64,000 bases of DNA from an uncultured bacterium (lineage in GTDB: Bacteria > Patescibacteriota > Kazan-3B-28), in the NCBI GenBank assembly GCA_963695435.1, contig OY968788.1, forward strand, positions 477,456 to 541,455, written 5' to 3'. Positions 39,768 to 51,064 of the stretch are shown here, piece by piece. Every line of letters begins with the position of its first letter. The stretch's first letter is position 1. A program made the translations under genes and the position numbers. The notes under the pieces were generated by a model. The model ran no database searches. It saw only the letters and a program-made list of their open reading frames with translations, and was not told the DNA's origin.

Positions 39768-42700
39768 TTAGGGTAGGGGAGCGCCCGAGCCGAAGTTGCG
39801 GATTAGGAACCCAAGATCAAAATTATTGATCCATGTGTCTTGGTTAATATCAGCAATCAGACCGGCATGACCAGGACCCCAGTTGCCAATCGGCAACCAG
39901 AAGTCCCCTATGTTGATTTTGTTGTCTTGAAAGACTGAAAGCCATTTGTCCGGAGCCCCCCAGAAGTCACCGACGAGCAGACCTCCACCAAGCGGATTGG
40001 CTATCATGTCCGTAAAGTTTATCGAAATCGTACCGTTAGTAGTGCCCGCGGTAAATTCTTTTACCCGTGCCAGGTGGTAGCGTCCCTTTGCCCACGCGCC
40101 GTAGGCTTTGCCTGGGTGAAGATAAATAGTCGGCAAATCAAGGATTTTATCAGCATTGTCAGTAAAGTAAACTTCATCCACAACCGGAGCTATGCCGGTA
40201 GTTTTTTCACGAACATAAAGTTTGATTTGTCGGTCGTAAGCGTTGGCTTGGAGAGGGACTGTGATGTCCAGCGTGGCGGAGACCAGGCTGTTTGGATCTT
40301 CAAATTCGATCTTAGTAGGCCCGAGCTTAGTGTTACTTAGACTAACCGTGCCGGTTATGTTGCTTGTCCCGATAACATTGGCACGCACCTTGAATCTTGC
40401 CCGACCCTTTTCGTCAGTAAGGGTAAATTCCTGATTTTCATTAGAATAAGTGGTAATAACATCACCCAAGCGATCACTTGCAATCGATACTTCCCACCCT
40501 GATAGTGGGATGAAGCCTTTGGACCGAAGAGTAACGGTAACAACCGAATAAGCCGAACCATCCGCGGGTACAAATCGCGGTACAGCGGAAATAGTAGAGA
40601 GGGTAGTGTCGATGGCATCAACAACAATAAAGTCATCGTTCCCGTCTTTGTTAGCAACTTCGCTGCCTGTGGTAACGGTTACATTCCAACCGCCCAAAGT
40701 AGCGTTGTCTTTGACATTGATTATCAAAGAAATCTTTTGAGTAGCTGAATGGACTGTAGTAGATATGATTTCTATCCCAGTACCGTTAGACGCTGGCGGT
40801 GTAAAACTAACTACCGAAGTTCCCTGAACAAAATGGGTATCGGCACCAGTAATTTCTACCAGCACTAGCGACTTGTTGCGGAAGCTGGAGTTAGGAGAAA
40901 TCGTGGTGAGCCGCGGCCCCTCTAACCAAAATTCAAAATTGGCTGTCGTAGGAATTTGAATCGGGTTGTTCGTAAGCTGATCTGTGTCCTTACCGTAATA
41001 GCCAGTGATTGTCACTTGCCCAATCGTGTCTGAACGAACTTCAAATGTTGCCTTGCCTTCTGAATTGGTGACACCTCCGTTGAGAGCCGTAATGCTGTCA
41101 ACTATCGTAGTACCGTCATTACGACTGGAAGTAACTTTTACATAATAACCAGCAACGGGGTGGAGTTGATTCCCCCATGTACCGTTCAGCGTGACAGTTA
41201 CAGTCGCTTTGTCGAGTGTCTTATGAGCAATCACTTTGGGCTTGTCGACAGTAACAATACTTTGGCTTGGGATTGGCACACCTTCGTTAGTAAAGGTAAC
41301 TTGTGCGGGCCCGATATTGCCAAGCGAGCTGTTCGGTTGATCGGTCCATGACGCAAATACATTAACCGGAAGGGGACTCTCGACTGGTGAAGAAATCAGT
41401 TTGAAAGTGACCGTTCCATCGACTCTAGTTTTGAGGTATCCAGGAAATCTTGGGTCGGGCGGCACATCTTGGTCGCCTTCGAAAGGCGTGACTGTTACTT
41501 TGCCTGTACTGTCATCGGTAGTTACCGTAGTGTACATCCCGACTACTGTGTCTCCGTAACTGTCTTTGAGCGTAACCGTAGCAATGGCGTAAGACACGCC
41601 ATCAGCCGCGACTGTCGCTGGCACTACCGTAAGAGATGAGCGATTTACATCGGGCATGCCGCGTTTTCCATACGCCCCCAACACTCGGAGGTTGTCGGCA
41701 AATATTTTGTCCCCAGCATCAATACCACCGAAGCGATAAACGGCTTTTAGAGGTGTCTCGGTAGCGCCAGTCACAGAGAGATTTTGTGCGCTGAAATAGT
41801 CTGCGTCTCCCGCTTCTATTTCTGCCATCGTTTTCCAGCGATTTGTGAAGGAATCGGATGCAGGAATATACATTGCTGTATGCGAAGAAAAGTCATTGAA
41901 AGTCATATCCGGCACATGCGGATCGTGACCAATAAAGTCTGGGGTGTACATCTGATAACCTGTGGGGATGTCGTACTGGAACTCTTTTTGACCACCGTAA
42001 ACCACAACCCCACCATCCAATCCGAAAGCTTGAATATCGTAAATTGGTATATTGATAGGAATATCAGAACCTAGTTCGAGGTAGGAGTAGGACTGTTCCT
42101 GTTGCCAGCCACCGCTATCCATTCGTTCTACTTGTTCAGTCGCTGTTACCGGTATGCGATAGTATTGTGTGCCAGAGTATGTGTACAAATCGTATCTTCC
42201 CTCACTGCCTGTTTGGTCAATAAGACCACCTACGGTAATGGGGTCAGACGGGTTGGGGGAGGCCATACCGAAGAAGGCTCGTCCTTCTTTTGCGTCCAAA
42301 GCATTTTTGAATGTAAAGATGTCTAGACCGCGATCGATGTTTGAACCGGTCCAATTGGTCCCGCTAACAAGGCGGTAGGCAATGTTACCTTTGAATGTAT
42401 AGTTGATTTTGCCAAAGTTGAATGGGTGGTTTGGATTGGCAGGGATTTCATAAAACGGATGCACTACATCTTCGATTACCCAAAAACTTTTGAATGACCG
42501 GTAAGTAAGCACGGCCGCGCTGCTCGGTTTGTTGCCGATTGTAATTTCTTTAGCCCAGCTAGCTCCGCCGAAGACATAGAGTGTATTCCCGACTGACAGT
42601 AATTTGTGACCATAGCGACCTTGGGGGACCGGTACTACTTTGTAAGTCTTGACTGGCTTCGGGTCACTACCTCCTGTGTAACTTAGAATTTCCTCGGCTA

Positions 42701-44915
42701 CGACAAAGCGCAGGTGACCCAAATGCGAGACTTTATTAACCTCCCAATTTTCGGAAAAAGTACCATCGTAGTCACTGCCAAGTTCGCCCGATTCAGAGGC
42801 GTTAGCGTTATCTGCGTGGATAACGATGTGTTCGCTTACGGTAGTAACAAAGCTACCGTCGATGAGACCTTTTGACAAGAGGGGCGAGAGCTCAACGCTG
42901 CTCTTGATGCTAAAGATATTACTGGTTGCCGTAACCTCCTTGTATGTGCCATCGCCTTGAAGAGCATAAGTTTTGATTGTAATTCTGGCATGCTCGCTAA
43001 ATATGTTATTGGGGATTTGCCACGATAATGAGTCTCCGTTGGTTTGACCGATATATGCCAAGTTGTCGGTGTCATTTAGAGTGTAATAAATATATACTTT
43101 TTGACCGTAACCCGTCTTAGCATTCCAATAAATGACGTGGGTGCTACCAGGTTCCCAAACTTCGCCTCCCGATGGGTTGGTAATTTCTACCCAATCATCT
43201 CCTCTGTCATGTACAAGATAATCTTTTTCGCTGACACCCGAAGTACCGGGAAGATATTCAACAGAACGCCATTCAGGGGGGATAATAGTTGCTCTAATGC
43301 GAATATTGTGATCACCGGTAAAGTTGGGCGTGAGCCATTTATACGATCTTTCGGCAGCTGATACGGTGCTGATTGGGTGCCATTCGTTCTCGGTCAGGTA
43401 TTCTAACTTAACCGTGGCATTAGTCCCGTGATAGTCCCAGACTATATTAACTGGGCGATTGTTATCTTCGAGTAAACTTCCCTCTACTGGTCCATTGATG
43501 GTAACCCAAAATTCTTGATCGATACTGAATGTACCGTCCATCCCCATCTCAAAGTAATTACAGTCTATCTGCTCTGCCTGCCCCAGAGAAGGTGGTGCTA
43601 TCATGGCACATACCTTGACCTCGGCCGACGAAACACTCGGCCCGTAATAAGGAGTGCCAGCGGGTCCAGAAATGTAACCCACCTTCCAAATGTATCTGTG
43701 ATTATTGCTTGAAAGATTGATTGGTCCGCCAGCTATTTTCCACTTTGCAGTAGAATTTTCACGGAAATATAATCTGCCAAGAGGAACAAAAGTGGGGATT
43801 TGCCCTTCCCATTGAATGTTGTAGTAGTCGCCTGCCTGTAATTTCCCTCCGTTGCCTGGACCGATGATTTTGGGGTCACCGGACGCAGCCATAGCTTGCG
43901 GGACTGTGGTTTTATATTTTCCCACCAATGCTGATACTGATTTGATAAAAGCGACCGTACGATTCATTACAGTTTTCAATCCTGTCGTTGTGGGGGTTGT
44001 TGGAACAGTAATGACATCATCAGGCGGGGTAACAACTGGTCCTGGATCTACCGGAGTGGGGGTGGGGGTAGCACCGTGTTCGACACTTGAATAGAGCACC
44101 CCATAAGGTAAACTGATGCCGACATTGCCAAGTACTGGTTTGTGGATTAAGTCTAATTCATCCCAGAGGCTGCTGCCCTCGTCCAACATATCTTTGGCCT
44201 GATCTTCGGCAACCATGTTGGGGAATGGAGAGAATGGATTCCCGTAAATACCGCCAACAACATGGATCCTGTTGTTGTTGCTGGTTGAAACTTTCACTTC
44301 GGGATAGAAGTTGACACCAGACAGAAGCGCAAATACTTCCCATCTTGCTTCTGGATCATTCCATCTAAGACGCTCCACCGTGGAGTAGAGAAGTGGTACC
44401 TTGCCTTCCGCTTCCGGAGGAGTATGTAAGTCGCCGGAAACTACATAGAGATAATCACCACTTTCAACAAACCCAAATTCGGCATGACCAAAGTTCGTTG
44501 ATGGTACATTTTCCCAAGTGGTAACACCGCTCTTTACTAACCCGGTCTGGGGGTCAAGCTCGATGCGCTGAACCGAATTGACCATTATGGTTTGATAGCG
44601 TTCTGCAATTAGATTACGCTGAACATCAATACCTCCTGCTACATATAGCCAGGCCTTGCCGTCCTTTTGAACTGTAATAAGTTTGGCGTGGGCTCTCTTC
44701 TCGCCTCCAGTTAGTTCAACCTGTTCCCATAATTTACTAAGGTCTCCTTCCGAGATGCCAGCCTTGCTCCCGAACAGAGATAGGAGATTACCAATTTGGT
44801 TGGAAAATAAAACTACTCCGACTAATACAAAAACACCGACGGTACCGGCAATGAACCGAGATCGGTTACGGGGCTCCTGTAACCAGATTAGAAATTTTTG
44901 TTTCAAGGAGAGCAT
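39768..44915 (-). CDS. Giant surface adhesin-like protein: N-terminal TM, kelch blades, Ig-like and invasin (Big_1) repeats, dockerin-like EF-loop C-terminus
   Basis: GRYGHKLLSVGNTLYVFGG, PSGGEVW, VAADG...ATVTLKD repeats, and DINQDTWINNFDL. Confidence 0.85.
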   Translation of the reverse strand: MLSLKQKFLIWLQEPRNRSRFIAGTVGVFVLVGVVLFSNQIGNLLSLFGSKAGISEGDLSKLWEQVELTGGEKRAHAKLITVQKDGKAWLYVAGGIDVQRNLIAERYQTIMVNSVQRIELDPQTGLVKSGVTTWENVPSTNFGHAEFGFVESGDYLYVVSGDLHTPPEAEGKVPLLYSTVERLRWNDPEARWEVFALLSGVNFYPEVKVSTSNNNRIHVVGGIYGNPFSPFPNMVAEDQAKDMLDEGSSLWDELDLIHKPVLGNVGISLPYGVLYSSVEHGATPTPTPVDPGPVVTPPDDVITVPTTPTTTGLKTVMNRTVAFIKSVSALVGKYKTTVPQAMAASGDPKIIGPGNGGKLQAGDYYNIQWEGQIPTFVPLGRLYFRENSTAKWKIAGGPINLSSNNHRYIWKVGYISGPAGTPYYGPSVSSAEVKVCAMIAPPSLGQAEQIDCNYFEMGMDGTFSIDQEFWVTINGPVEGSLLEDNNRPVNIVWDYHGTNATVKLEYLTENEWHPISTVSAAERSYKWLTPNFTGDHNIRIRATIIPPEWRSVEYLPGTSGVSEKDYLVHDRGDDWVEITNPSGGEVWEPGSTHVIYWNAKTGYGQKVYIYYTLNDTDNLAYIGQTNGDSLSWQIPNNIFSEHARITIKTYALQGDGTYKEVTATSNIFSIKSSVELSPLLSKGLIDGSFVTTVSEHIVIHADNANASESGELGSDYDGTFSENWEVNKVSHLGHLRFVVAEEILSYTGGSDPKPVKTYKVVPVPQGRYGHKLLSVGNTLYVFGGASWAKEITIGNKPSSAAVLTYRSFKSFWVIEDVVHPFYEIPANPNHPFNFGKINYTFKGNIAYRLVSGTNWTGSNIDRGLDIFTFKNALDAKEGRAFFGMASPNPSDPITVGGLIDQTGSEGRYDLYTYSGTQYYRIPVTATEQVERMDSGGWQQEQSYSYLELGSDIPINIPIYDIQAFGLDGGVVVYGGQKEFQYDIPTGYQMYTPDFIGHDPHVPDMTFNDFSSHTAMYIPASDSFTNRWKTMAEIEAGDADYFSAQNLSVTGATETPLKAVYRFGGIDAGDKIFADNLRVLGAYGKRGMPDVNRSSLTVVPATVAADGVSYAIATVTLKDSYGDTVVGMYTTVTTDDSTGKVTVTPFEGDQDVPPDPRFPGYLKTRVDGTVTFKLISSPVESPLPVNVFASWTDQPNSSLGNIGPAQVTFTNEGVPIPSQSIVTVDKPKVIAHKTLDKATVTVTLNGTWGNQLHPVAGYYVKVTSSRNDGTTIVDSITALNGGVTNSEGKATFEVRSDTIGQVTITGYYGKDTDQLTNNPIQIPTTANFEFWLEGPRLTTISPNSSFRNKSLVLVEITGADTHFVQGTSVVSFTPPASNGTGIEIISTTVHSATQKISLIINVKDNATLGGWNVTVTTGSEVANKDGNDDFIVVDAIDTTLSTISAVPRFVPADGSAYSVVTVTLRSKGFIPLSGWEVSIASDRLGDVITTYSNENQEFTLTDEKGRARFKVRANVIGTSNITGTVSLSNTKLGPTKIEFEDPNSLVSATLDITVPLQANAYDRQIKLYVREKTTGIAPVVDEVYFTDNADKILDLPTIYLHPGKAYGAWAKGRYHLARVKEFTAGTTNGTISINFTDMIANPLGGGLLVGDFWGAPDKWLSVFQDNKINIGDFWLPIGNWGPGHAGLIADINQDTWINNFDLGFLIRNFGSGAPLP

Positions 44916-44963
44916 ATTTTTATTTTGCTTTTACCCCAGAGTTTTGTCTAATTTACTGTTGTT

Positions 44964-44992
44964 ATTATACTATAAATTCACAAAAAAGTCAA
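44964..44992 (-). promoter_or_regulatory. Sigma70 promoter
   Basis: TTGACT-17bp-TATAAT. Confidence 0.75.
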
Positions 44993-45040
44993 GACTATGG
45001 CCTCGACTGCGAACTGTGACCAAAAACGGCGTATTGGGCT

Positions 45041-45643
45041 CTATTTGATATCCGAAAAACTGCCGAATGCGTCAGGGGGAGGAGACGAAGATGTTGGTGG
45101 GTTGATATCGGCGGGTGGAGATTGCGGCATTTGCTGACTAGCAGATGCCCATTCCTTGATGAGATCGGAAACCGCTTTGGCGTTGATAATGGAATGCATT
45201 TTGAATATGCCTTCTTTGCCTGCTGACTGAATTACAATATTGCCATAACCAAAAAGGGTCGACAATATTCCCTCGGTCGATTCCCGCACATCCTGTACTT
45301 GATTCCACCCAAGCTGGGCAACTCTCCGATTGAAAAATGAAATTAGTTGAATATCCATCAGCCCCTCCGGAGCAAGGATCCATGCGTCCATATACCAGAA
45401 AATAACATTTGTCATGAAGTAGCTTATGACAAATACCAAATACAATCCGCCAAATAGCCACTCTCCGACCTGCAGCGTATGTCCATCAATCAACCCCATG
45501 GCATTGACGGCCAAGATAATCAGCAGAGCGGGAAGGAGCATAAGTAGTGACCAAAGCGTTGGAACCAGTAACTCGACAACATGGGGTCGATAAATTTGAA
45601 GTGGTTGGTTGGGGTTAGTAGATGTTTCGGGTGTCTCCGTCAT
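45041..45643 (-). CDS. Bacterial PH-domain membrane protein
   Basis: Two TMs followed by QVQDV...GILSTLFGYGNIVIQSAG. Confidence 0.82.
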   Translation of the reverse strand: MTETPETSTNPNQPLQIYRPHVVELLVPTLWSLLMLLPALLIILAVNAMGLIDGHTLQVGEWLFGGLYLVFVISYFMTNVIFWYMDAWILAPEGLMDIQLISFFNRRVAQLGWNQVQDVRESTEGILSTLFGYGNIVIQSAGKEGIFKMHSIINAKAVSDLIKEWASASQQMPQSPPADINPPTSSSPPPDAFGSFSDIK

Positions 45644-45645
45644 AA

Positions 45646-45846
45646 CTAAATGTCGTAGGCAATTATGGCAAGAAAAATCGAACCGACTATCAGACTGGCG
45701 ACCACCAACAAATAAAAACTAAGTAGCGTAACAGAATGATCGCCCGGAACCGATAGCCGAAATTTAATTAGATGGAAGCAATTGACTCCCACATAACCGA
45801 GGGTCAGCAAAAGCAGCAGAATATAAAGGACGATCATCACGGTCAT
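45646..45846 (-). CDS. Small two-TM protein
   Basis: Translationally coupled (ATGA) to ruvB. Two hydrophobic helices. Confidence 0.7.
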   Translation of the reverse strand: MTVMIVLYILLLLLTLGYVGVNCFHLIKFRLSVPGDHSVTLLSFYLLVVASLIVGSIFLAIIAYDI

Positions 45847-46862
45847 AGTAGGGGAGATGTCTTATTGGCAGGAAGTGGTATACCCAAATGTTTGTAGGCG
45901 AGTTCGGTTGCAATGCGCCCTTGGGCAGTACGGTGAAGAAAACCTGCCTGCAGCAAATATGGTTCATATACATCTTCAATGGTTTGAGTTTCTTCCGAAA
46001 TAGAAGCCGCGATGGAATTCACCCCCACCGGTCCGCCTTTGAATTGATTAATAATAGTGGAAAGGATTTTGCGATCCACTTCATCCAGACCCGCTTCATC
46101 AATAGTCAGCATCTCCAAAGTTGCGCGAACAATATCCAAAGTGACTTTTCCGCCATTTTTGACCAGTGCATATTCGCGAACTCGTTTTAGGATGCGGTTG
46201 GCGGTGCGGGGAGTGCGACGGGAACATTGGGCGATAAGCCCCGCACAGTCGGCGGGTAAATCGACTTTCAAAATCCGAGCGGAGCGTTGAAGAATTTTTT
46301 CGATTTCTGCTTCAGTATAAAAATCCAGTCGGTAAGTTGCGCCAAAGCGATCACGCAGGGGAGAGGACAAAGCGCCGGCACGAGTGGTAGCACCGATCAA
46401 AGTAAAACGAGGCAAAGTGAGTTTCAATGAGCGAGCGGACGGACCTTTGCCGACCATAATATCAAAACAAAAATCTTCCATTGCCGAATAGAGAACTTCT
46501 TCCACCGCTCGGCTTAGTGCGTGGATTTCGTCAATAAACAAAATATCGCCTTCCTGTAAATTGGTGAGAATGGCGGCGAGGTCGCCGGCGCGTTCAACTG
46601 CGGGACCGGAAGTTGGGCGAAGACTTACACCCGTTTCGTTGGCAATGATGGTGGCAAGAGTGGTTTTGCCCAGCCCCGGCGGCCCGAACAATAGGACATG
46701 GTCAAGCGGCTCGCCAGTCTGTTTGGCGGCGGCAATTGCTATCCCGAGACCAGCTTTGGCTTGTTCCTGCCCAATATACCCGTCAAAGTTGCGGGGGCGC
46801 AGGTGAGTGTCCAGCTCGGTATCCTCCGATTGGATTTTGGCATCCACAATCCGATTTTCCAT
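45843..46862 (-). CDS. ruvB: Holliday junction helicase RuvB
   Basis: [25 protein letters not shown] and YEPYLLQ. Confidence 0.97.
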   Translation of the reverse strand: MENRIVDAKIQSEDTELDTHLRPRNFDGYIGQEQAKAGLGIAIAAAKQTGEPLDHVLLFGPPGLGKTTLATIIANETGVSLRPTSGPAVERAGDLAAILTNLQEGDILFIDEIHALSRAVEEVLYSAMEDFCFDIMVGKGPSARSLKLTLPRFTLIGATTRAGALSSPLRDRFGATYRLDFYTEAEIEKILQRSARILKVDLPADCAGLIAQCSRRTPRTANRILKRVREYALVKNGGKVTLDIVRATLEMLTIDEAGLDEVDRKILSTIINQFKGGPVGVNSIAASISEETQTIEDVYEPYLLQAGFLHRTAQGRIATELAYKHLGIPLPANKTSPLL

Positions 46863-46869
46863 GGCTCTA

Positions 46870-47700
46870 TTATAGCTGGAAAAGCGGAAGCCCAATATGG
46901 GCAAGTTTGAGCACTAATAAGGCGATTCCGACTACTATCAGGTATCCAGCAAAGACATATAATTTATTATGTTTCAGGAACCGCATCATTATCGCGATGG
47001 CAGCGAAACTGCTGATCAACGACACTCCAGAACCAACCCCAAGCATTGTCCAATTGACTGCGGTGTTCCCTAAGTCTATTTGAAGAAGCGCGTAACCGCC
47101 CGCCAATATCAGCGCGGGAACACCAAGCAAGAAAGCGTACCTTGCGGCTTCTTCCCGTTTGAGCCCAATGTACAAACCGCTCGCGATTGTTGCGCCTGAA
47201 CGGGAAATGCCAGGCAACATTGCGCCGAGTTGAGCGATACCGATACTTAGCGCATCAAAGAAAGTCAGTTTGCTCAAATTTTTTCTGCCATGGGCAATGC
47301 GTTCAACTAGAATAAACATCAAGCCAGCGAAAATCATCAGGCCGGCAATAATCATGAGATTACGACCATCTTCGGTAAAAAGTTGAGGGAAGAGAAGACC
47401 GCCAGCAATTACCGGAACAGTTGAGATTATAAGCAGCCAAAGAAGTCTGCGGGATTGAACAACAGAATGACTGGTAGATTTTGGGTTTAGGCTCGCTAAA
47501 ATGCCTAGCCAGTCGGCGCGGAAGTAAATCAAAATCGCGATTACGGTTGCCAAATGTAGAACCGCGTCAAACAAAGCGCCTTGATCCGCCCAGCCAAATA
47601 ATTCCCGAACAATAACCAAGTGCCCCGACGAGCTGATGGGAAGAAATTCGGTGAGTCCTTGGACCAAACCAAGAATGGCGGGTTGAATGAAATCTAGCAT
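46870..47700 (-). CDS. uppP: Undecaprenyl-diphosphatase
   Basis: [14 protein letters not shown] and PGISRSG. Confidence 0.96.
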   Translation of the reverse strand: MLDFIQPAILGLVQGLTEFLPISSSGHLVIVRELFGWADQGALFDAVLHLATVIAILIYFRADWLGILASLNPKSTSHSVVQSRRLLWLLIISTVPVIAGGLLFPQLFTEDGRNLMIIAGLMIFAGLMFILVERIAHGRKNLSKLTFFDALSIGIAQLGAMLPGISRSGATIASGLYIGLKREEAARYAFLLGVPALILAGGYALLQIDLGNTAVNWTMLGVGSGVSLISSFAAIAIMMRFLKHNKLYVFAGYLIVVGIALLVLKLAHIGLPLFQL

Positions 47701-47709
47701 CTCTATTTA

Positions 47710-49926
47710 TTATTTCACAGTAATCGTCCAGCCGAATACCGGCCCGAACCAACCAACATATTCAGAAACTAATTGGAAGTTCTCTTGGTAGACATCCGCC
47801 TTGGCGGGAGCTTTAACGGAAAAGTACCATTCTACTGTGCCATTGGGCGATACCATCTTGCCTGGGCTCATTACCCGATTGGGCGAAAGCCATGATGATG
47901 AATAAAATGAGCTAACCCGATCGTGGGGGGTAGCGGTTCCTAGCCGAACTGCGCCAGTATTTTTTAAATCAGTGCCGGCTGGCATCCACGCGGCGGAACC
48001 AGTGTTAACCAAATCTATCCAAAATCCCGCGCTTTGGTTGGGGGCAAGAGTGATGTTGTTCGTTTTCCCACGAATATCGGCTGAATATTCGGACAGATTC
48101 GTGCTGGTATAGGGATTAAATACATTATTGATATCAAAGATATTCGGGTTGGTAACGGTTACATCCCAGTATATGCCTAGGTCGTTCAACCAAGTAATAT
48201 ATTCAACCACGGGGCGGAAATATTCGCGGAATTTTCCATTTTGGTTGGCGCGAAGAGTGATTTCGAACCGAGCAATTTCACCAGGGCGTACTACGCTTGG
48301 AGTCATTGCGGCAGAACGGTTTTTCGAGATCCAGGAATTTACATCATAGAAGCTACTGTCTCGATTTGCGGGGCGATCGGTGCCGAGACGCATTTGTCCT
48401 TTGGCGCTGCTTGCCGATTTATCGCTAACCCACGCCACATTGCCAGTGTTTTTTACCTCTACCCAAACTTTTGCAGTGTCGCCAAGATACATCGTGGGGT
48501 AAGGACTCTGGCGCACCCAGCTCATCGAATGTTTCATCCCGCGCGTAACATTGAAAATCAAACTGCCGGACGAGGATAGAGCGATTGAATTTGCTCCGCT
48601 GAAAAATTCCAGCCGCTTTGTTTCTGCCACATTAGAGGTAAGAGTAAAAATAAGTTGCCCTTGAATATTGGTGACTCCCAAATTGATATCGCCGCTGGCA
48701 AGAACACCGTTGATCAAATTGTTATTTCCGCTTACTCGAACATTAACCGGCAAATTGAATTGGGGTTGATTGAATTCGTCACTGACCGTGAGAGTGATGG
48801 TGGCCGAGGTCAGACCATCGGCAGGAACGGTTGAACGATTGAAGTTTGCTTTCCCGACTAGGTTGCGAGGTTGATAGTTAATTGCCTGGCTGGCATCCAC
48901 TCGGCCAGCGCCGAAATAAATATCGTTTGGGTCGCTAGACAGGGGGACTGCTGTGGCTTTTAAAATTGAATTGATCTGGGCGGGAGAGAGTGTGGGATAG
49001 CGAGCTAACAATAGAGAAGCAACACCTGTTACTTCGGCAGCGGCAAACGAAGAACCTGAACCGCGAACATAACTGCTATCCGTAGCCAGTCCTGCCATCA
49101 AAATATTTTCACCGGGAGCGGTTAGATCAACTCCGACACCGTAGTTGCTAAAGCTGGAAAATTTTCCGCTATCACTAATCGAACTTACCGCGATAACACG
49201 ATCGTATGCGGCAGGATAAAAAACCCCCTGACCGTGATTGTTACCAACGGCGGCAACAATCGTGACCCCCTTATCGAGAGCATAGTTGATGGCACTGGAC
49301 AAATCGGTATAGTCATCCATCGCGCCGAAGCTCATGTTGATCAGCCTGGCTCCGTTGTCAGCGGCGTATCGCGTGGCTCGGGCAACTGTTTCAAAGTCTC
49401 CGCCGCCGGCAGAGTTGAGCGCTTTCAGCACCATAATTGGCGCTTGCCAATTCATCCCTGCCATACCTTTGCCGTTGTTGGTTTGAGCAGCAATAATGCT
49501 GGCAATGCCGGTGCCATGACCGTGAGTGTCCTGCAAATCGACATTGTTGTTCAAAAAATTGTAGCCGTTGTAATCATCAACATAGCCGTTGCGGTCATCA
49601 TCAACCCCGTTGCCCGGGATTTCATCGGAGTTTACCCAAAGTTTGTTCGCTAGATCCTCGTGGGGAAGATCTATGCCAGTGTCGATTACCGCGATGGGAA
49701 TATTGCTGCCAGTTGTAACACTCCACGCCGATGACGCGTTGATGATCGAAAGGCCTGATTGCGATGAGAACAGTGGATCGTTGGGCGTAACTTGTTGGAC
49801 GCTGATGGGCAAACTGGCATCACCCAAAATTACCCCAGCGATTTGCAAGGGCGCGGCTGCCGAAACGGAGGGCATCCACTGGGTGAGATAAATTACGCTT
49901 AAACAAGCTAAGAGCCACTTCCGCAT
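47710..49926 (-). CDS. Secreted S8 subtilase with an invasin-like domain and two NBR1-Ig-like domains
   Basis: IDTG, HGHGT and GSSFAA triad motifs. C-terminal W..QS...NTG..W...RLGT repeats. Confidence 0.92.
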   Translation of the reverse strand: MRKWLLACLSVIYLTQWMPSVSAAAPLQIAGVILGDASLPISVQQVTPNDPLFSSQSGLSIINASSAWSVTTGSNIPIAVIDTGIDLPHEDLANKLWVNSDEIPGNGVDDDRNGYVDDYNGYNFLNNNVDLQDTHGHGTGIASIIAAQTNNGKGMAGMNWQAPIMVLKALNSAGGGDFETVARATRYAADNGARLINMSFGAMDDYTDLSSAINYALDKGVTIVAAVGNNHGQGVFYPAAYDRVIAVSSISDSGKFSSFSNYGVGVDLTAPGENILMAGLATDSSYVRGSGSSFAAAEVTGVASLLLARYPTLSPAQINSILKATAVPLSSDPNDIYFGAGRVDASQAINYQPRNLVGKANFNRSTVPADGLTSATITLTVSDEFNQPQFNLPVNVRVSGNNNLINGVLASGDINLGVTNIQGQLIFTLTSNVAETKRLEFFSGANSIALSSSGSLIFNVTRGMKHSMSWVRQSPYPTMYLGDTAKVWVEVKNTGNVAWVSDKSASSAKGQMRLGTDRPANRDSSFYDVNSWISKNRSAAMTPSVVRPGEIARFEITLRANQNGKFREYFRPVVEYITWLNDLGIYWDVTVTNPNIFDINNVFNPYTSTNLSEYSADIRGKTNNITLAPNQSAGFWIDLVNTGSAAWMPAGTDLKNTGAVRLGTATPHDRVSSFYSSSWLSPNRVMSPGKMVSPNGTVEWYFSVKAPAKADVYQENFQLVSEYVGWFGPVFGWTITVK

Positions 49927-49962
49927 ATCTTGTATTTTATCACAGCGTCTGGTTTGCCTGAT

Positions 49963-49992
49963 TTGACAGGAAGAAATCTGTTAGACTAGAAT
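49963..49992 (+). promoter_or_regulatory. Sigma70 promoter of tRNA-Lys
   Basis: TTGACA-18bp-TAGAAT. Confidence 0.7.
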
Positions 49993-50008
49993 CTGTAAGT
50001 TGTTCGTT

Positions 50009-50082
50009 GGGTCCGTAGCTTAGTGGTAAAGCAGTTGCCTTTTAAGCAATTGATGCAGGTCCGATTCCTGCCGGACCCACCA
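50009..50082 (+). tRNA. tRNA-Lys(TTT)
   Basis: Cloverleaf, anticodon loop CTTTTAA, encoded CCA. Confidence 0.95.
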
Positions 50083-50095
50083 GAAAACCAACTGA

Positions 50096-51001
50096 TTATA
50101 ACGGCAGTCGTTTAATCCACTGTTCTGGATTAAGCTCCTCTGACTCTGTCGGCGGGGCGATAGTTAGTTTTTCGTTTTGATGAGAAAGCCCGAGGGTCAA
50201 ATCGAAATCGGTGGGGACTCCGTCGGTTTGATATAACCCTGCTAGCTTGAATTGGGATAGCTGAAAAGTGCGTTTGTTAATCCACAGTTCCGGCTGATAG
50301 TCGGATAGGTTGTTTAGATTTTCCTCGGTTACAGGAACCCCTAAAAGAGTGCCGATTTGCTTACTCAAATCTGCGACAGCTTCCGCTTTGAATTTGGCGC
50401 GATAATGGTATGACCTTTGGCCGCTGACCGTCGCATCGGGCAAAACTTCTGTTACTTCAAATAACGAGGTATCCGCAATAAGTTGGCGTAACTGTCCAAT
50501 TTGTTCGGGAGTAAAAGCAGTTTTTTCGAGGACACCTAGTTTGCTTTCGTTGGGGTTAGACACGGCAATATGACGAACTTTGTACCATCGACTACTTGCT
50601 CCCAGCGATACCGGAGAGAGTGTGGGGAGAGACAAATTAGTCATCCGAAAATAAGTGTAATCGCCGACACTCACCAAATCACCGTTAATAGCAAACCCTC
50701 CCGCCGAAGCCGTGCCAGAAAGAATTGCCTGCAGAGTGAATTGCGGGTTGCTAGGATCTTGGTTGTTAGTACTGCCAGTCAGTTTGACGGATGCATTGCT
50801 TACCCCCTCAACGATAGCGATGGGCAGGCGACCGGCGAGGGTCAAATCGACAGAATATTCAAAGGTGGTCAAGGCAGCGGAAGCTTGGGCAAATTTGGCG
50901 ATAACCTCGTCCGGCATTGGATGCGAGAAAATACAACCGCTCAAAGATAGCGCCAGAGGAAGCCATGCCCAAACAAGATAACGACTGATGGTTCGCATCA
51001 T
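50096..51001 (-). CDS. Lipoprotein, LolA/LppX-like fold probable
   Basis: Lipobox LSGC. SYHYRAK...LWINKRT...TIAPP pattern. Confidence 0.75.
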   Translation of the reverse strand: MMRTISRYLVWAWLPLALSLSGCIFSHPMPDEVIAKFAQASAALTTFEYSVDLTLAGRLPIAIVEGVSNASVKLTGSTNNQDPSNPQFTLQAILSGTASAGGFAINGDLVSVGDYTYFRMTNLSLPTLSPVSLGASSRWYKVRHIAVSNPNESKLGVLEKTAFTPEQIGQLRQLIADTSLFEVTEVLPDATVSGQRSYHYRAKFKAEAVADLSKQIGTLLGVPVTEENLNNLSDYQPELWINKRTFQLSQFKLAGLYQTDGVPTDFDLTLGLSHQNEKLTIAPPTESEELNPEQWIKRLPL

Positions 51002-51064
51002 ACAGTCCGTATTATACCAGCCTTGAATTCGTGGGTTGGCATTATAATAGTGGGGGAGGAGGGG

